Source: Gaiellaceae bacterium (lineage in GTDB: Bacteria > Actinomycetota > Thermoleophilia > Gaiellales > Gaiellaceae). From it: 64,000 nucleotides of DNA. A program made the position numbers and the translations under genes. The notes beneath the pieces are model-generated. The model made no database searches and had not been told where the DNA came from. It was given only the letters and a program-made list of their open reading frames with translations. The stretch's first letter is position 1. Every line of letters begins with the position of its first letter. Shown in pieces: positions 63,915 through 64,000 of this stretch. Location: assembly GCA_036526315.1 (NCBI GenBank), contig DATCYR010000087.1, positions 5,203 through 69,202 of the forward strand. Reading direction: 5' to 3'.

Positions 63915-64000
63915 TCCTCGCGCGCCTGAAGTCCGAGCGAGGCCAGGCATTCGTCCTGGCCGCTGTGGCGATGGTGATGTTGATGGGTATGGCGGCCCTC
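63910..64000 (+). CDS. TadE/TadG-like pilus assembly protein, N-terminal fragment
   Basis: MILARLKSERGQAFVLAAVAMVMLMGMAAL. The ATG overlaps the upstream stop. Truncated by the window edge. Confidence 0.55.

Overview
Very GC-rich, gene-dense chromosomal window. Nearly every third codon position is G/C, so all six frames carry long shadow ORFs. It looks actinobacterial: F420/LLM- and PPOX-type enzymes, many GTG/TTG starts, 4-nt stop/start overlaps and leaderless-looking starts. That lineage call is inference only. I recognised no rRNA, CRISPR array, transposase, integrase or phage genes. There is one tRNA-Cys(GCA).

Content, left to right:
- (1) 1-2.8 kb: orphan sensor histidine kinase, an SD-led 28-codon membrane peptide with a terminator, a nuclease-fold ORF without a start codon, and a nucleoside 2-deoxyribosyltransferase-family gene.
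- (2) 2.8-6.9 kb: DUF4129 / MoxR AAA+ / DUF58 membrane module.
- (3) 7.3-22.8 kb: salvage island for nitrogen-rich compounds. It holds a class-III aminotransferase and MmsA, a cytosine/creatinine-deaminase-like amidohydrolase, an agmatinase-family ureohydrolase, a NodB-type deacetylase, an NCS1 permease, a hydantoinase/dihydropyrimidinase, an NMT1-type ABC importer and an M20 carbamoylase-type amidase.
- (4) 23.0-29.8 kb: tightly coupled 7-gene operon of unknown function. Genes are HIBDH-like, M24 hydrolase, bicupin, E1alpha-E2-E1beta and an XRE-cupin regulator.
- (5) 29.8-40.4 kb: sugar-type ABC importer, amidohydrolase, SDR, MFS, F420/LLM oxidoreductase, SDR.
- (6) 40.4 kb: tRNA-Cys, followed by a stress/metal island up to about 57 kb. 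The island holds four USP-type genes, a PPOX-like gene, two ABC exporters, a sigma factor, two divergent P-type ATPases and arsR-arsM.
- (7) 57-60 kb: YihY-like membrane protein and an aldehyde dehydrogenase.
- (8) 60.5-64 kb: start of a Tad/Flp pilus locus with two tandem flp genes, TadE/TadG-like genes, and a divergent LAS/M15 peptidase plus DUF192.

The observations I rate highest:
- the uncharacterised 7-gene operon near the window centre;
- a 40-nt promoter-like element (21 nt identical) shared by two operons of the stress island;
- a 42-nt palindrome between the two P-type ATPase genes;
- the cell-wall peptidase pair attached to the Tad locus.

All family calls come from reading motifs in the supplied translations. 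No database search was run.
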